Source: an uncultured delta proteobacterium (lineage in GTDB: Bacteria > Desulfobacterota > Binatia > JACPRU01). From it: DNA of 64,000 nt. The notes beneath the pieces were generated by a model. It made no database searches. It was not told the origin of the DNA and worked only from the letters and a program-made list of their open reading frames with translations. Of the stretch, positions 15,509 to 24,337 are shown piece after piece (position 1 is the stretch's first letter; every line of letters begins with the position of its first letter). The translations under genes were made by a program, and so were the position numbers. The stretch spans positions 64,001 through 128,000 of the forward strand of contig CAVUWD010000011.1 in NCBI GenBank assembly GCA_963745025.1, given 5' to 3'.

Positions 15509-16474
15509 ATGAAGGACACCGTTCAAACCGTTACCGGCCCCAAGAAGGTCTCCGAGCTCGGCAAGACGCTCATCCACGAGCACCTGCTGATCGGCTGGCC
15601 GGGATGGCAAGGCGACTCGGCGTTCCCATTCAATCGCAAGGAGGCGATCAAGCGCTGCTGCGACTTGCTCGAGAAGCTGAAGGGTCTCGGGGTCAAGACC
15701 TTCGTGGATCCCTGTCCGAGTGATCTCGGGCGCGACCCCGAGTTCATGGCGGAGTGCGCGCAGAAGACCGGCATGAACGTCGTCTGCGCCACGGGCTATT
15801 ACAAAGAGGATCTCGGCGGCTCGCATTTCCGCTTTCGCGCCGGCTTCGGCAGCGACGTGACGGCGGAGGTAGCAGCGCTCTACCAGAAGGAGATCGAGGA
15901 CGGCATCGGTTCGACGGGAATCAAGGTCGGGCTCATCAAGTGCGCGACGGGCGAGGGCTCGATCAAGCCGTACGAGGAATCCTTGCTGCGCGCGGCGGCG
16001 CGGGCGCAGAAGGCGACCGGCGTACCGATCATCACCCACACCGATCACGGCTCACTCGGCGACAAGCAGTTGGAGATTTTCCTCTCCGAAGGCGTGAAAC
16101 CCGACCGCGTCGGCATCGGCCACTCCGACGACCGCGCCGATCTCGCCTACCACGCCGGCATTCTCGACAAGGGTGCGTTCCTCTCCTTCGATCGCTTCGG
16201 TCTCGAGATCTTGTTCCCGAACAAGCTCCGCATCGCCTCGCTGATCGCGCTTCTCGGCATCGGCTACGAAAAGCAAATGCTCGTCTCGCACGATACCGTG
16301 AACTGTTGGCTCGGCCGCCCGCTGCCCTCGCAGATGCTGCCGGTCATCACCGATTGGGAGCCGACGTACATCTTCCGGATCGTTCTGCCGAAGCTCCGCG
16401 AGGTCGGCATCAGCGAGGAGACGATCGCGACGCTTCTCGTCGACAACCCGCGACGCTTCTTCGCGGGATCGTAG
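15509..16474 (+). CDS. Phosphotriesterase-like amidohydrolase
   Basis: TLIHEH, LGRDP, VCATG, GLIKCAT, ITHT, IGHSD, SHD, DNPRR. Confidence 0.9.
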   Translation: MKDTVQTVTGPKKVSELGKTLIHEHLLIGWPGWQGDSAFPFNRKEAIKRCCDLLEKLKGLGVKTFVDPCPSDLGRDPEFMAECAQKTGMNVVCATGYYKEDLGGSHFRFRAGFGSDVTAEVAALYQKEIEDGIGSTGIKVGLIKCATGEGSIKPYEESLLRAAARAQKATGVPIITHTDHGSLGDKQLEIFLSEGVKPDRVGIGHSDDRADLAYHAGILDKGAFLSFDRFGLEILFPNKLRIASLIALLGIGYEKQMLVSHDTVNCWLGRPLPSQMLPVITDWEPTYIFRIVLPKLREVGISEETIATLLVDNPRRFFAGS

Positions 16475-17161
16475 TCAGGAGTCTTCTTCCCCCGCCCCCG
16501 CGACCGCGAGCGTGTACTCGCCGCGCGGGGCTCGGGAAGCGAGCGTCGCGCGGACCGAGGAGATCGTCCCCCGCACGATCTCCTCGAAGAGCTTGGTGAG
16601 CTCGCGCCCGACGACGATCGCTCGGTCACCGAGGATCGCTTCCATCTCGGCGAGCGTCCGCTCGATGTGGTGCGGCGACTCGTAGAGAACAATCGTCCTC
16701 GGCTCGGTGCGCAGGGCTTCGAGGCGGCGGCGACGCCGGCCTTGGCGCTGCGGCAGAAACCCTTCGAACACGAACCGATCGGTTGCAAAGCCGCAAACGG
16801 AGAGCAGCGCCGTCGCGGCGGTCGCTCCTGGAATCGGCACCACCGCGATGCCGGCGTCGAGCGCGCCGCCGACGAGCCGGTAGCCGGGATCGGAGATGAG
16901 CGGCGTCCCGGCATCGGAGACCAGCGCGAGGTTCTTTCCCCTACGCAGCTCTTCGACGAGCTCGGGGGCTTTCCGGCGCTCGGCGGCGTCGTGGTAGCTG
17001 GTGAGCGGCTTGTCGATCCCGTAGTGGGCCAGAAGCTTCGCGGTGCGTCGCGTATCTTCTGCCGCGATGCGATCGACCTCGCGCAGCACCCGCAACGCCC
17101 GCTCGCTCACGTCCTCGAGGTTGCCGATCGGCGTGGCAACGACGTAAAGGATCCCCGCCAT
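16475..17161 (-). CDS. rsmI: 16S rRNA (cytidine1402-2'-O)-methyltransferase
   Basis: LYVVATPIGNLED, AAEDTR, VSDAGTPLISDPG, YESPHH, RELTKLFEE. Confidence 0.93.
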   Translation of the reverse strand: MAGILYVVATPIGNLEDVSERALRVLREVDRIAAEDTRRTAKLLAHYGIDKPLTSYHDAAERRKAPELVEELRRGKNLALVSDAGTPLISDPGYRLVGGALDAGIAVVPIPGATAATALLSVCGFATDRFVFEGFLPQRQGRRRRRLEALRTEPRTIVLYESPHHIERTLAEMEAILGDRAIVVGRELTKLFEEIVRGTISSVRATLASRAPRGEYTLAVAGAGEEDS

Positions 17162-17177
17162 TCGCCCTTCCTCCTCC

Positions 17178-18101
17178 ATGGATCTCGAAAAGACAACGTC
17201 TCGCGTCTCGAGCCAGCGCGCGCTGGTGCGCGCCGAGGATTCCGGAAAGCGCCTCGATCTCTTCCTCGCGGAGTGGCTCCCGGAGATCTCGCGGCGGCGC
17301 GCGCGCCTGCTGATCGGCGCGGGCGCGGTGTGGATCGACGGTCGGCGAGTGCTCGTCCAGTCCAGGCCGGTGGCTGCGGGACAAGAGGTCGTCTGCCATC
17401 TTCAGTCCTTCACCTTTCGGAAGACGGAGACGAGCGAGCCGCTCACCGTTCTCTACGAGGACGACGCCCTCCTCGCCGTCGACAAGCCGGCCGGGATGCC
17501 GTCGCATCCGACCTACGCGCGAAAGCTCGGCACCGCGCTCCAGGTGGCCGAGGAGCAGCTGCGGCGGCGCGAAGGGAGAAAGGTCCTACTCTGGCCCCTC
17601 CACCGCCTCGACACGGCGACCTCGGGGGTTCTGCTGTTCGCCAAGACGCAGGCCGCGGCGCGCGCGGTCAACCAAAACTTCGCGCGCCGCCGCGTCGCCA
17701 AGCGTTATCAGGCGCTCGTTGCCGCAGTGCCGGCGGCGGCGAGCGGCGAGGTCCGTCTCGCGCTCGCCGAGGGCCACCTGCGCACCGAAACCTCGACGAG
17801 CGGCAAGGAAGCCGTCACGCGCTACCAGCTGCTCGAAGCGTTCGCGGACACCGCGCTGCTCGAGATCGAGCCGCTGACCGGGCGCATGCACCAGATCCGA
17901 GTGCATCTGGCCGCCATCGGCCATCCGGTCCTCGGCGATACGAAGTATGGTCGCGAGGCAGAGCGCGGGGCGGCCCCGCGCCTGATGCTGCACGCTTCAT
18001 CCCTCGAGTTGCCGCACCCCATCGGCGGGCAACCGTTGGTCGTCGAAAGCCCGCTGCCGCAGGACTTCCGCGCGTCGCTCGCCGGCCTGCGGCCCCGCTG
18101 A
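17178..18101 (+). CDS. RluA family pseudouridine synthase with S4 domain
   Basis: GKRLDLFL, VDKPAG, HRLDTATSG, TGRMHQIRVH, GHPVLGD.KYG. Start is uncertain (GTG 17226 possible). Confidence 0.9.
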   Translation: MDLEKTTSRVSSQRALVRAEDSGKRLDLFLAEWLPEISRRRARLLIGAGAVWIDGRRVLVQSRPVAAGQEVVCHLQSFTFRKTETSEPLTVLYEDDALLAVDKPAGMPSHPTYARKLGTALQVAEEQLRRREGRKVLLWPLHRLDTATSGVLLFAKTQAAARAVNQNFARRRVAKRYQALVAAVPAAASGEVRLALAEGHLRTETSTSGKEAVTRYQLLEAFADTALLEIEPLTGRMHQIRVHLAAIGHPVLGDTKYGREAERGAAPRLMLHASSLELPHPIGGQPLVVESPLPQDFRASLAGLRPR

Positions 18102-18148
18102 GCGCCGCCCAACCTCGAAGCGAAAATGATTTCGGCCAAGAAGCGTGG

Positions 18149-18265
18149 CGAGCCCGCACCCGACTGGAGCGCGTCGCGAGCGCCGGATGAATCGCGGGGC
18201 CGTCTTTGCAGGCGCGAGAGGCGTCTCGGAAGAAGCTCGGGGCGGCCCAGTCGGGTGCGGGCTCG
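18149..18265. repeat. 117-bp segment bounded by perfect 19-bp inverted repeats
   Basis: CGAGCCCGCACCCGACTGG (18149-18167) / CCAGTCGGGTGCGGGCTCG (18247-18265). Confidence 0.7.
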
Positions 18266-18354
18266 GGCGCGAAGGCTCACCGCACGGCGGTGCTGCACTT
18301 TCTCGAGCGGCTGGCGGATTGACAGCGGCGCGATCGCGTTCGACAACCGCTCGC

Positions 18355-19107
18355 ATGACGAAAGAGCGTACCGCAACGCTGGTCACCGGCGCGCTCGGCG
18401 GCCTCGGCACCGCGACCGTTGCACGCCTCCTCGACGAGGGTCAGGAGGTCGTCGTCGTCGACCGCCGCGCCGACGCCTTGCCGGCCTGGCTCGAGACGTT
18501 TCCGGCGGAGAAGCGTCCGCGAATCGAATTCCATCCGGTAGACGTCACGCGTGAGGAGCAGGTCAACGAGCTCGCGCGCGTGCTTCGCGAGGAAGGCGTG
18601 CACGTCGACCGGCTCGTCAACAATGCCGGCGTTCAGGGATCTGCCGAGGTCTGGGAGATGGAGTCGCTCGTCTGGGAGCGCGTTCTGCGCGTCAATCTCT
18701 ACGGCACCTTCTACATGACGCGAGCTTTCAGCCGGCCCATGGTCGAGCGCGCCTTCGGGCGGATCGTCAACTTTGCTTCGCTCTATGCCTACCATCCCGG
18801 GGTGGGCCAATCGCCTTACGCCGCCGCCAAGGCCGGGATCGTCGGCTATACCCACTCGACCGCTCTCGACCTCGCCCCGCGTGGCGTGACCGTCAACGTG
18901 ATCGCGCCCGGCCTGATCTGGCATGAGCGCGTGCGCGGCGTGCTCCCCGAGCAGGTCGTCGAGCGCATCAAGGCGCAGGTTCCCGTCGGACGTTTGGGAA
19001 GGCCCGAGGAGATCGCCCACACCGTGTCGTTCCTGCTTTCGGCGGAATCGTCGTACATCACCGGCCAGACGATCCACGTGAACGGCGGCCTCTATCTGCC
19101 GGGGTGA
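18355..19107 (+). CDS. Short-chain dehydrogenase/reductase (FabG-like)
   Basis: VTGALGGLG, LVNNAG, YAAAK, VNVIAPG, YITGQ. Confidence 0.9.
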   Translation: MTKERTATLVTGALGGLGTATVARLLDEGQEVVVVDRRADALPAWLETFPAEKRPRIEFHPVDVTREEQVNELARVLREEGVHVDRLVNNAGVQGSAEVWEMESLVWERVLRVNLYGTFYMTRAFSRPMVERAFGRIVNFASLYAYHPGVGQSPYAAAKAGIVGYTHSTALDLAPRGVTVNVIAPGLIWHERVRGVLPEQVVERIKAQVPVGRLGRPEEIAHTVSFLLSAESSYITGQTIHVNGGLYLPG

Positions 19108-19193
19108 GGGTCGGTACCGTCCCGCGATCCACAAAGCCCTGATCCCAGAGCACGGCGGCAGCCGAGATCCCGCATCTGGGCGGCTCGATCGTG

Positions 19194-20645
19194 TCAACGC
19201 GGCAGCAGATGAATCGAGCGTCCGGCCAGGTCGAGAAGCGGCGTCTCGTAGAACCCGAACACGACGACGGCCGTTGCCAGCGAAAGCGTCAGGCACGCGT
19301 CGTAGGGGCCGATCCGCAGCGTCGGCTCTGCCGCCTCCCCCACCCCCATCACGAACAAGACCCGCGTATAGGCCAGGAGCGAGAGTACGCAGTTCGCGAG
19401 GGCCAGGAGCATGACCCCCTCGAGACCCATCGGAATGGCGGCGGCGAAGAGGTGGAGCTTGGCGAAAAACCCGACCAACAACGGCATGCCGGCGAGCGAG
19501 AGAAGGAACAGCGCGAGCGAAAAGCCGGCCAGAGTGCCGCGTCCGCGCAGCAACCCTCGGCAGGCATCCAGGTCGTCGCTGCCGTTCGCTCGCGTGATCA
19601 ACGCCGCGAGGTGAAACGCGCCGAGCGATGCCACCGAGAACGCCGCCAGGTAGAAGAGCGCCGCTTCGAGACCACGATCGCTCGCCGACGCGAGACCGAG
19701 CATCGCATAGCCGACGTGCGCCATCGACGTTGCGACGAGCACGCGCTGAAGCGATCGTTCGCGGAGCGCGCCGAGGTTGCCGATCGTCATGGCCGCGACC
19801 GACGACGCTGCCAGGGTCCGGCTCCAATCGAGACCCGCCGGATGCGCCCACCGTCCTTCCGCGCCTGGCTCCGAGAGCACGCCGACGAGCAAGCGACCCG
19901 AGAGCGCCAGTCCCGCCGCCGTGAAAGCGACGGCGACGAACGCGTCGAGCGATGACTCTTCGCCCGCCTCGCTCGACGCGGTCGCAATCAACACGCGGCT
20001 CGGAAAGGCAACCAGAAACGCGGTGGCGGCAAGCGCGAGGACGAACTCGTTGCCCGGCGCCAGCTCGAACACCGCCCGGTGGACACCTTCGTAGTCTGCC
20101 GAGCCGCAAAATCCCGCGATCCATGCGACGGCGCCGAGCATCGACACCGACACGACCATCCCGGCAAACCGCCCGGGGAAGGTGCCGACTGCGGAATCCG
20201 AGCCGTGAACCAATCTCCAGAGCGCGAGGCTGGCGATCTCGACCGAGACGTAACCGATCCAAAGGCTCGCGGCCGACGCCATCAAATCGAGGGCGAGCGC
20301 CGCAACGAGCGCAAGCGCGCAAGCGTCGCCTTCTGACTCGCCTGCGAACCGCGCCGACTCCAGCGCGATCCACAACACTGCGACCGTGGCGAGGCCGATG
20401 ACGATCTTGAAGAACACGGCGAAGCCGTCGACGACCAGCGCGCGCTCGAAGATCCAGACCTCCCCCCAGCCCGCGAGGCGGGCGGCAAGGAACACCGAGA
20501 CCGCGGCGCCGAGGATGGCGAGCTCTCCGAGCCCGCTGCGATCGAGGCCGCGAAGCCGGGCGAGCGCCGCAACGGTGAGCGCCGTCGCCGCCAGCGCCAC
20601 CTCGGGCCAGAAATACTGCCAACTCTCGAGAGCGCTGAGCTCCAT
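19194..20645 (-). CDS. Divergent stand-alone NuoN-like (proton-pumping antiporter-type) membrane subunit
   Basis: VVDGFAVFFK, MTIGNLGAL.....RVLVATSMAHVGY, LFLLSLAGMPLLVGFFAKL. No other nuo genes nearby. Confidence 0.8.
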   Translation of the reverse strand: MELSALESWQYFWPEVALAATALTVAALARLRGLDRSGLGELAILGAAVSVFLAARLAGWGEVWIFERALVVDGFAVFFKIVIGLATVAVLWIALESARFAGESEGDACALALVAALALDLMASAASLWIGYVSVEIASLALWRLVHGSDSAVGTFPGRFAGMVVSVSMLGAVAWIAGFCGSADYEGVHRAVFELAPGNEFVLALAATAFLVAFPSRVLIATASSEAGEESSLDAFVAVAFTAAGLALSGRLLVGVLSEPGAEGRWAHPAGLDWSRTLAASSVAAMTIGNLGALRERSLQRVLVATSMAHVGYAMLGLASASDRGLEAALFYLAAFSVASLGAFHLAALITRANGSDDLDACRGLLRGRGTLAGFSLALFLLSLAGMPLLVGFFAKLHLFAAAIPMGLEGVMLLALANCVLSLLAYTRVLFVMGVGEAAEPTLRIGPYDACLTLSLATAVVVFGFYETPLLDLAGRSIHLLPR

Positions 20646-20674
20646 TCGGCGGCGGCATGATAGCCGGTGTCCCG

Positions 20675-20748
20675 CAACAAGAGGAGGCGCGGCAGCCGCT
20701 CGGAAAGGGAATACGGGAGAGGGACTCGCGGCTGCCGCGGGGAGAGCG
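20675..20748 (-). ncRNA. Candidate sigma54-dependent small RNA with a C/U-rich loop
   Basis: Perfect 12-bp stem (20688-20699 / 20728-20739) enclosing a 28-nt loop GAGUCCCUCUCCCGUAUUCCCUUUCCGA, downstream of a -24/-12 motif. Confidence 0.45.
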
Positions 20749-20758
20749 ACCCCACGAC

Positions 20759-20774
20759 AGCAGATTCCGTGCCG
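20759..20774 (-). promoter_or_regulatory. sigma54 (-24/-12) promoter
   Basis: Minus strand CGGCACGGAATCTGCT = GG-N10-GC. Confidence 0.55.
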
Positions 20775-20901
20775 CGAACAAATGCGCGAGAATCAGGCGT
20801 GCGCTATTTGCGGTGCACATTCTTGTCGCGCGCTGCGCAACGATTGTGAGCTTCGGTTATCGAGAGGCGAAGAAGTTCACGTCAGATTGAGAAACACGAC
20901 G

Positions 20902-21966
20902 CTACCGCGATCCATCCGCCGGACCGCTGACTCCGGCAGACTCGAATGATGCCATCTCGTCGAGGACTCGGCCTGCGGCGTCGAGAATCGGCAGCGCCAG
21001 CACGGCGCCGGTCCCCTCGCCGAGCCGAAGCCCGAGATCGAGGATCGGCTCGAGCCCGAGCGCGGTGAGCACGGCGCGGTGCCCGGCCTCCACCGAACGA
21101 TGACCGGCAAAGAGGTAGGCTCGCGCCGCCGGTGCGATCGCAACCGCGAGGAGCGCCGCCGCCCCCGCGATGAATCCGTCGAGGAGCACCGGCAGTCCCG
21201 CCGCGGCGCCGCCGAGGATGACGCCGACGAGGCCCGCGATCTCGAAGCCGCCGACGCACGCGAGCGCCTCCAGCGGCCGGTCGCGGCGCGGCCGATGGAG
21301 CGCGAGCGCCCGCTCGACGACGGCGATCTTCCGCGCGAGCGCTTCGTCGCCGATTCCCGTGCCGCGGCCGGTCACTTCCGCGGGCGGTCGCTTGGTGAGC
21401 ACCGCGGTCAAAGCAGCGGCCGCCGTCGTGTTGCCGATCCCCATGTCGCCGGTCGCAACGAGCCGGCATCCGTCGACGGCGAGCTCGGCGACGATTGCGG
21501 CGCCGGCGTCGATCGCCTGCTCTGCCCGGAGCTCGCTCATCGCAGGCCCGACGGTCATGTCCGCCGTACCCGGCCCGAGCGAGCAGCGCCGTACATCCGC
21601 GGGCCAGTCATGAGCTCCCGCGACTCCCATGTCGACGACCACGGTACGCGCCGCAAACTGTCGCGCGAGCACGTTGATCGCGGCGCCCCCGGCGGCGAAG
21701 TTCTTCACCATCTGCGCCGTGACGGCGGCCGGGTAGGCGCTCACACCTTGGCGCGCGACGCCGTGATCGGCTGCCATGACGACGACCGCCCGAGGCGAGG
21801 TGGCGAACGTGGTCGCGCGGTGGATCGCAGCCAGCCGCACGGCGATCTCCTCGAGCCGGCCGAGGCTTCCCTGCGGCTTCGTCTTCTGGTCGAGAAGGCG
21901 CTGCACCACAGCCGCCACCTCCGAATCGGGCGCGGCGATCCGCGCGGCTAGAGCATTCCAGTCCAT
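20902..21966 (-). CDS. cobT: Nicotinate-nucleotide--dimethylbenzimidazole phosphoribosyltransferase
   Basis: KTKPQGSLGRLE, AADHGV...GVSAYP, GDMGIGNTT, GGFEIAG, LRLGEGTGA. Confidence 0.95.
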   Translation of the reverse strand: MDWNALAARIAAPDSEVAAVVQRLLDQKTKPQGSLGRLEEIAVRLAAIHRATTFATSPRAVVVMAADHGVARQGVSAYPAAVTAQMVKNFAAGGAAINVLARQFAARTVVVDMGVAGAHDWPADVRRCSLGPGTADMTVGPAMSELRAEQAIDAGAAIVAELAVDGCRLVATGDMGIGNTTAAAALTAVLTKRPPAEVTGRGTGIGDEALARKIAVVERALALHRPRRDRPLEALACVGGFEIAGLVGVILGGAAAGLPVLLDGFIAGAAALLAVAIAPAARAYLFAGHRSVEAGHRAVLTALGLEPILDLGLRLGEGTGAVLALPILDAAGRVLDEMASFESAGVSGPADGSR

Positions 21967-22000
21967 CCTCACCTCACTGGGGCGGCGGTTCATTTCGGCG

Positions 22001-22519
22001 TCACTTGATGCGCAGCGCTTGGCCGGCCACCAGCAAGAACAGCTCGTCGGCGATCGCCGCCACGCGCTGATTCAAGAAACCGGCGGCATCGCGAAACGCA
22101 CGGGCGAGCGCGCTCTCGGGCACGATGCCGAGGCCCACCTCGTTGGTGACCACGACGACCGCCGAGCGGCGCGAGGAGAGCAACCCGACGAGTTCGTCGA
22201 CCGCTGGCCCGACATTCGTCGTCGCGCAGTCGTCCATCTGGTTGGCGAGCCAGAGAGTCAAGCAATCGATGAGGACGACGCCGCCGCGCTGGCGTCGCAG
22301 AACGGAGGAGACTGCCATTGGCTCTTCCACGGTCCGCCATAGCCGCCCGCGCTCGGCGCGATGGCGAGCGATCCGGGCTGCCATCTCCTCGTCCCGCGCC
22401 TCGGCCGTCGCCACAAACACTCGCGGCGATCCGAGCGATTCCCCTCGAGCGAGCGCAAAGCGGCTCTTCCCGGAGCGGGCGCCGCCTGTCACCAGAACGA
22501 TCGGCGGGCGCTCGCTCAT
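22001..22519 (-). CDS. cobU: Adenosylcobinamide kinase/adenosylcobinamide-phosphate guanylyltransferase
   Basis: VTGGARSGKS, DEEM..RI..H, DCLTLW, NEVGLGIVP, FRD.AG.LNQ. Confidence 0.95.
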   Translation of the reverse strand: MSERPPIVLVTGGARSGKSRFALARGESLGSPRVFVATAEARDEEMAARIARHRAERGRLWRTVEEPMAVSSVLRRQRGGVVLIDCLTLWLANQMDDCATTNVGPAVDELVGLLSSRRSAVVVVTNEVGLGIVPESALARAFRDAAGFLNQRVAAIADELFLLVAGQALRIK

Positions 22520-23238
22520 GTGGTCGCCCAGAAGACCAGCGCGACGGTTTCGGCGATCGCGCCCGCCGCCCCGAGGACGTCGCCGGTGACGCCGCCGAAG
22601 GCCGACACCGCGAGCCGCCGCACCCCCGCCGCCGTGGCCGCGACGAGCAGTGTGGCGAGCCACCCGCGCGCTCCGGCAACGACGGTCACGAGCCCGATCG
22701 TGACGAGCGTGGCGATGACGACGTCGCCGCCCTCGAGGTCACGAGCGAACCGCGCCCCGAGCCCTTCGTCCCGGGCGCTCGAGGCGCGAAAGCCGCTCAC
22801 CAGCATGGCCCAGCGACCGAGTACCGGCGACACGACGAGCGCCGTCGCGCGAGCGCGGCCGGAGAGTTCTGCGAGCGCGGCGAGATCGGTGGCGACGATG
22901 AGCACGAGCCCGAGGGCGGCGAAAACACCGATCGCGGGGTCGTGCATGATGCGCAGCCGCTCCTGTCGCGTGGAGCCGCCGAGCGCATCGAGGACGTCGG
23001 CGAGGCCGTCGTAATGAATCGCACCCGTCGCCAGCGTCCAGACCAAGAGGATCTCCACGTTGCGGAGGCCTTGAGGAAGAGCCCTCGTGGCGACGTCCGC
23101 GGCGAGGCCAGCGATCCCGAGCACGAGCCCGACCAGCGGAAACGCGCTCGCTCCGAAAGCAGGCGTGGCATTGGACGCGGCGAGCGGCAGGCGCGTCAGG
23201 AAGCGCAGCGCACCGGCGAAGTCGTCAGCGATCTTCAC
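22516..23238 (-). CDS. cobS: Adenosylcobinamide-GDP ribazoletransferase (cobalamin synthase)
   Basis: FLTRLP, TGAIHYDGLAD..D, IMHDP.IG.F, GGVTGDVLGA. Confidence 0.93.
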   Translation of the reverse strand: MKIADDFAGALRFLTRLPLAASNATPAFGASAFPLVGLVLGIAGLAADVATRALPQGLRNVEILLVWTLATGAIHYDGLADVLDALGGSTRQERLRIMHDPAIGVFAALGLVLIVATDLAALAELSGRARATALVVSPVLGRWAMLVSGFRASSARDEGLGARFARDLEGGDVVIATLVTIGLVTVVAGARGWLATLLVAATAAGVRRLAVSAFGGVTGDVLGAAGAIAETVALVFWATT

Positions 23239-24055
23239 GCGCAGACTCCCGATCCCCCGTCGCGCTCACGCGGCCGAGCGGCAGGACGTTGAGCTTTCCC
23301 GTGAGATCGTTGCGGTGCACGTAGACGTCGGTGTCGTACACCTCGCGGATCGTCCGATAGTTGAGCACGTCGTCGGGATTGCCGCAGGCGACCACACGGC
23401 CCGCCTTCAGAAAGGCGAGGCGGTTCAGGTAGAGGGCGGCAAGATTCAGATCGTGAAGAACGACGATGAGGGTCATCCTCCGCTCCTCGGAGAGCGAACA
23501 GAGAAGCTCGAAGATCTCCACCACGTGGCGGATGTCGAGAAACGTGGTCGGCTCGTCGAGCAGCAGGACCTCGGGCTCCTGGGCGAGCGCGCGAGCGATC
23601 ACGACCCGCTGCTTCTCTCCCCCGGAAAGCTCGTGAAAGAACCGATCGGCGAGATCGGCGACGCCGGTGCGCTCCATCGCGCGTTCCGCCGCCTGCACGT
23701 CGCGGTCGCCCTCGAAGCCGAACCCGCCGAGGTGCGGGGCGCGGCCCATCAGCACGACTTCCATCACCGAGAACGGAAAGTCGAGCGCCGTCTCCTGGGG
23801 AACGACCGCGATCGAGCGAGCGAGCTCACGCGGCGCATAGGCGTCGAGGTCCCGAGATGCCAAGGTGATTCGTCCCGTCGAGGGACGGAGCACACGGGAG
23901 AGCAGACGAACGAGCGTCGACTTCCCGGACCCCGTCGGCCCGAGGATGCCAAAACGCTCGCCTCGCGGGATTTCGAGCGCGACGTCCCGCAGCACCCCGC
24001 GATCGCGGTAGGCGAAGCTCACACGCTCGATCTGCACGAAGGGCTCTCGGGTCAC
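23225..24055 (-). CDS. btuD: Cobalamin/iron-siderophore ABC transporter ATP-binding protein
   Basis: GPTGSGKS, LSGGEKQRV.IARALAQEP, LLDEPT, VLHDLN; in the B12 operon; start at GTG 24055. Confidence 0.85.
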   Translation of the reverse strand: MTREPFVQIERVSFAYRDRGVLRDVALEIPRGERFGILGPTGSGKSTLVRLLSRVLRPSTGRITLASRDLDAYAPRELARSIAVVPQETALDFPFSVMEVVLMGRAPHLGGFGFEGDRDVQAAERAMERTGVADLADRFFHELSGGEKQRVVIARALAQEPEVLLLDEPTTFLDIRHVVEIFELLCSLSEERRMTLIVVLHDLNLAALYLNRLAFLKAGRVVACGNPDDVLNYRTIREVYDTDVYVHRNDLTGKLNVLPLGRVSATGDRESAREDR

Positions 24056-24056
24056 G

Positions 24057-24329
24057 GTAACGCCCCAGTCTTTGCTAGAGAAGGGCTCCCGCGTTGTGCG
24101 GCAGAAGGAACGGCGCGTGGTTTTGCGGTCGATCCGTACTCGGGTCGGCCGCAAAACCACGCCACCGCGCGAAGCGCGGAAGGCAATACCCAAGGCGCGG
24201 CTCGAACCGCTCCGCGCTTCGCGCGGTGGCGCGTGTTTGTGTTCGATCCGAGTACGGCTCGAACATAAACACGCGCGCTGATCATTCTGCGACGGCTTTG
24301 CTGTGTTCTAGCAAAATCCGGGGCCTTAC
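24057..24329. mobile_element. MITE-like hairpin element, copy C (273 bp), inserted between btuC and btuD
   Basis: TIRs GTAACGCCCCAGTCTT / AAATCCGGGGCCTTAC. 8-bp TSD GGGTCACG / GCGTCACG (7/8). Hairpins at 24115-24162 and 24229-24276. Confidence 0.88.
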
Positions 24330-24337
24330 GCGTCACG

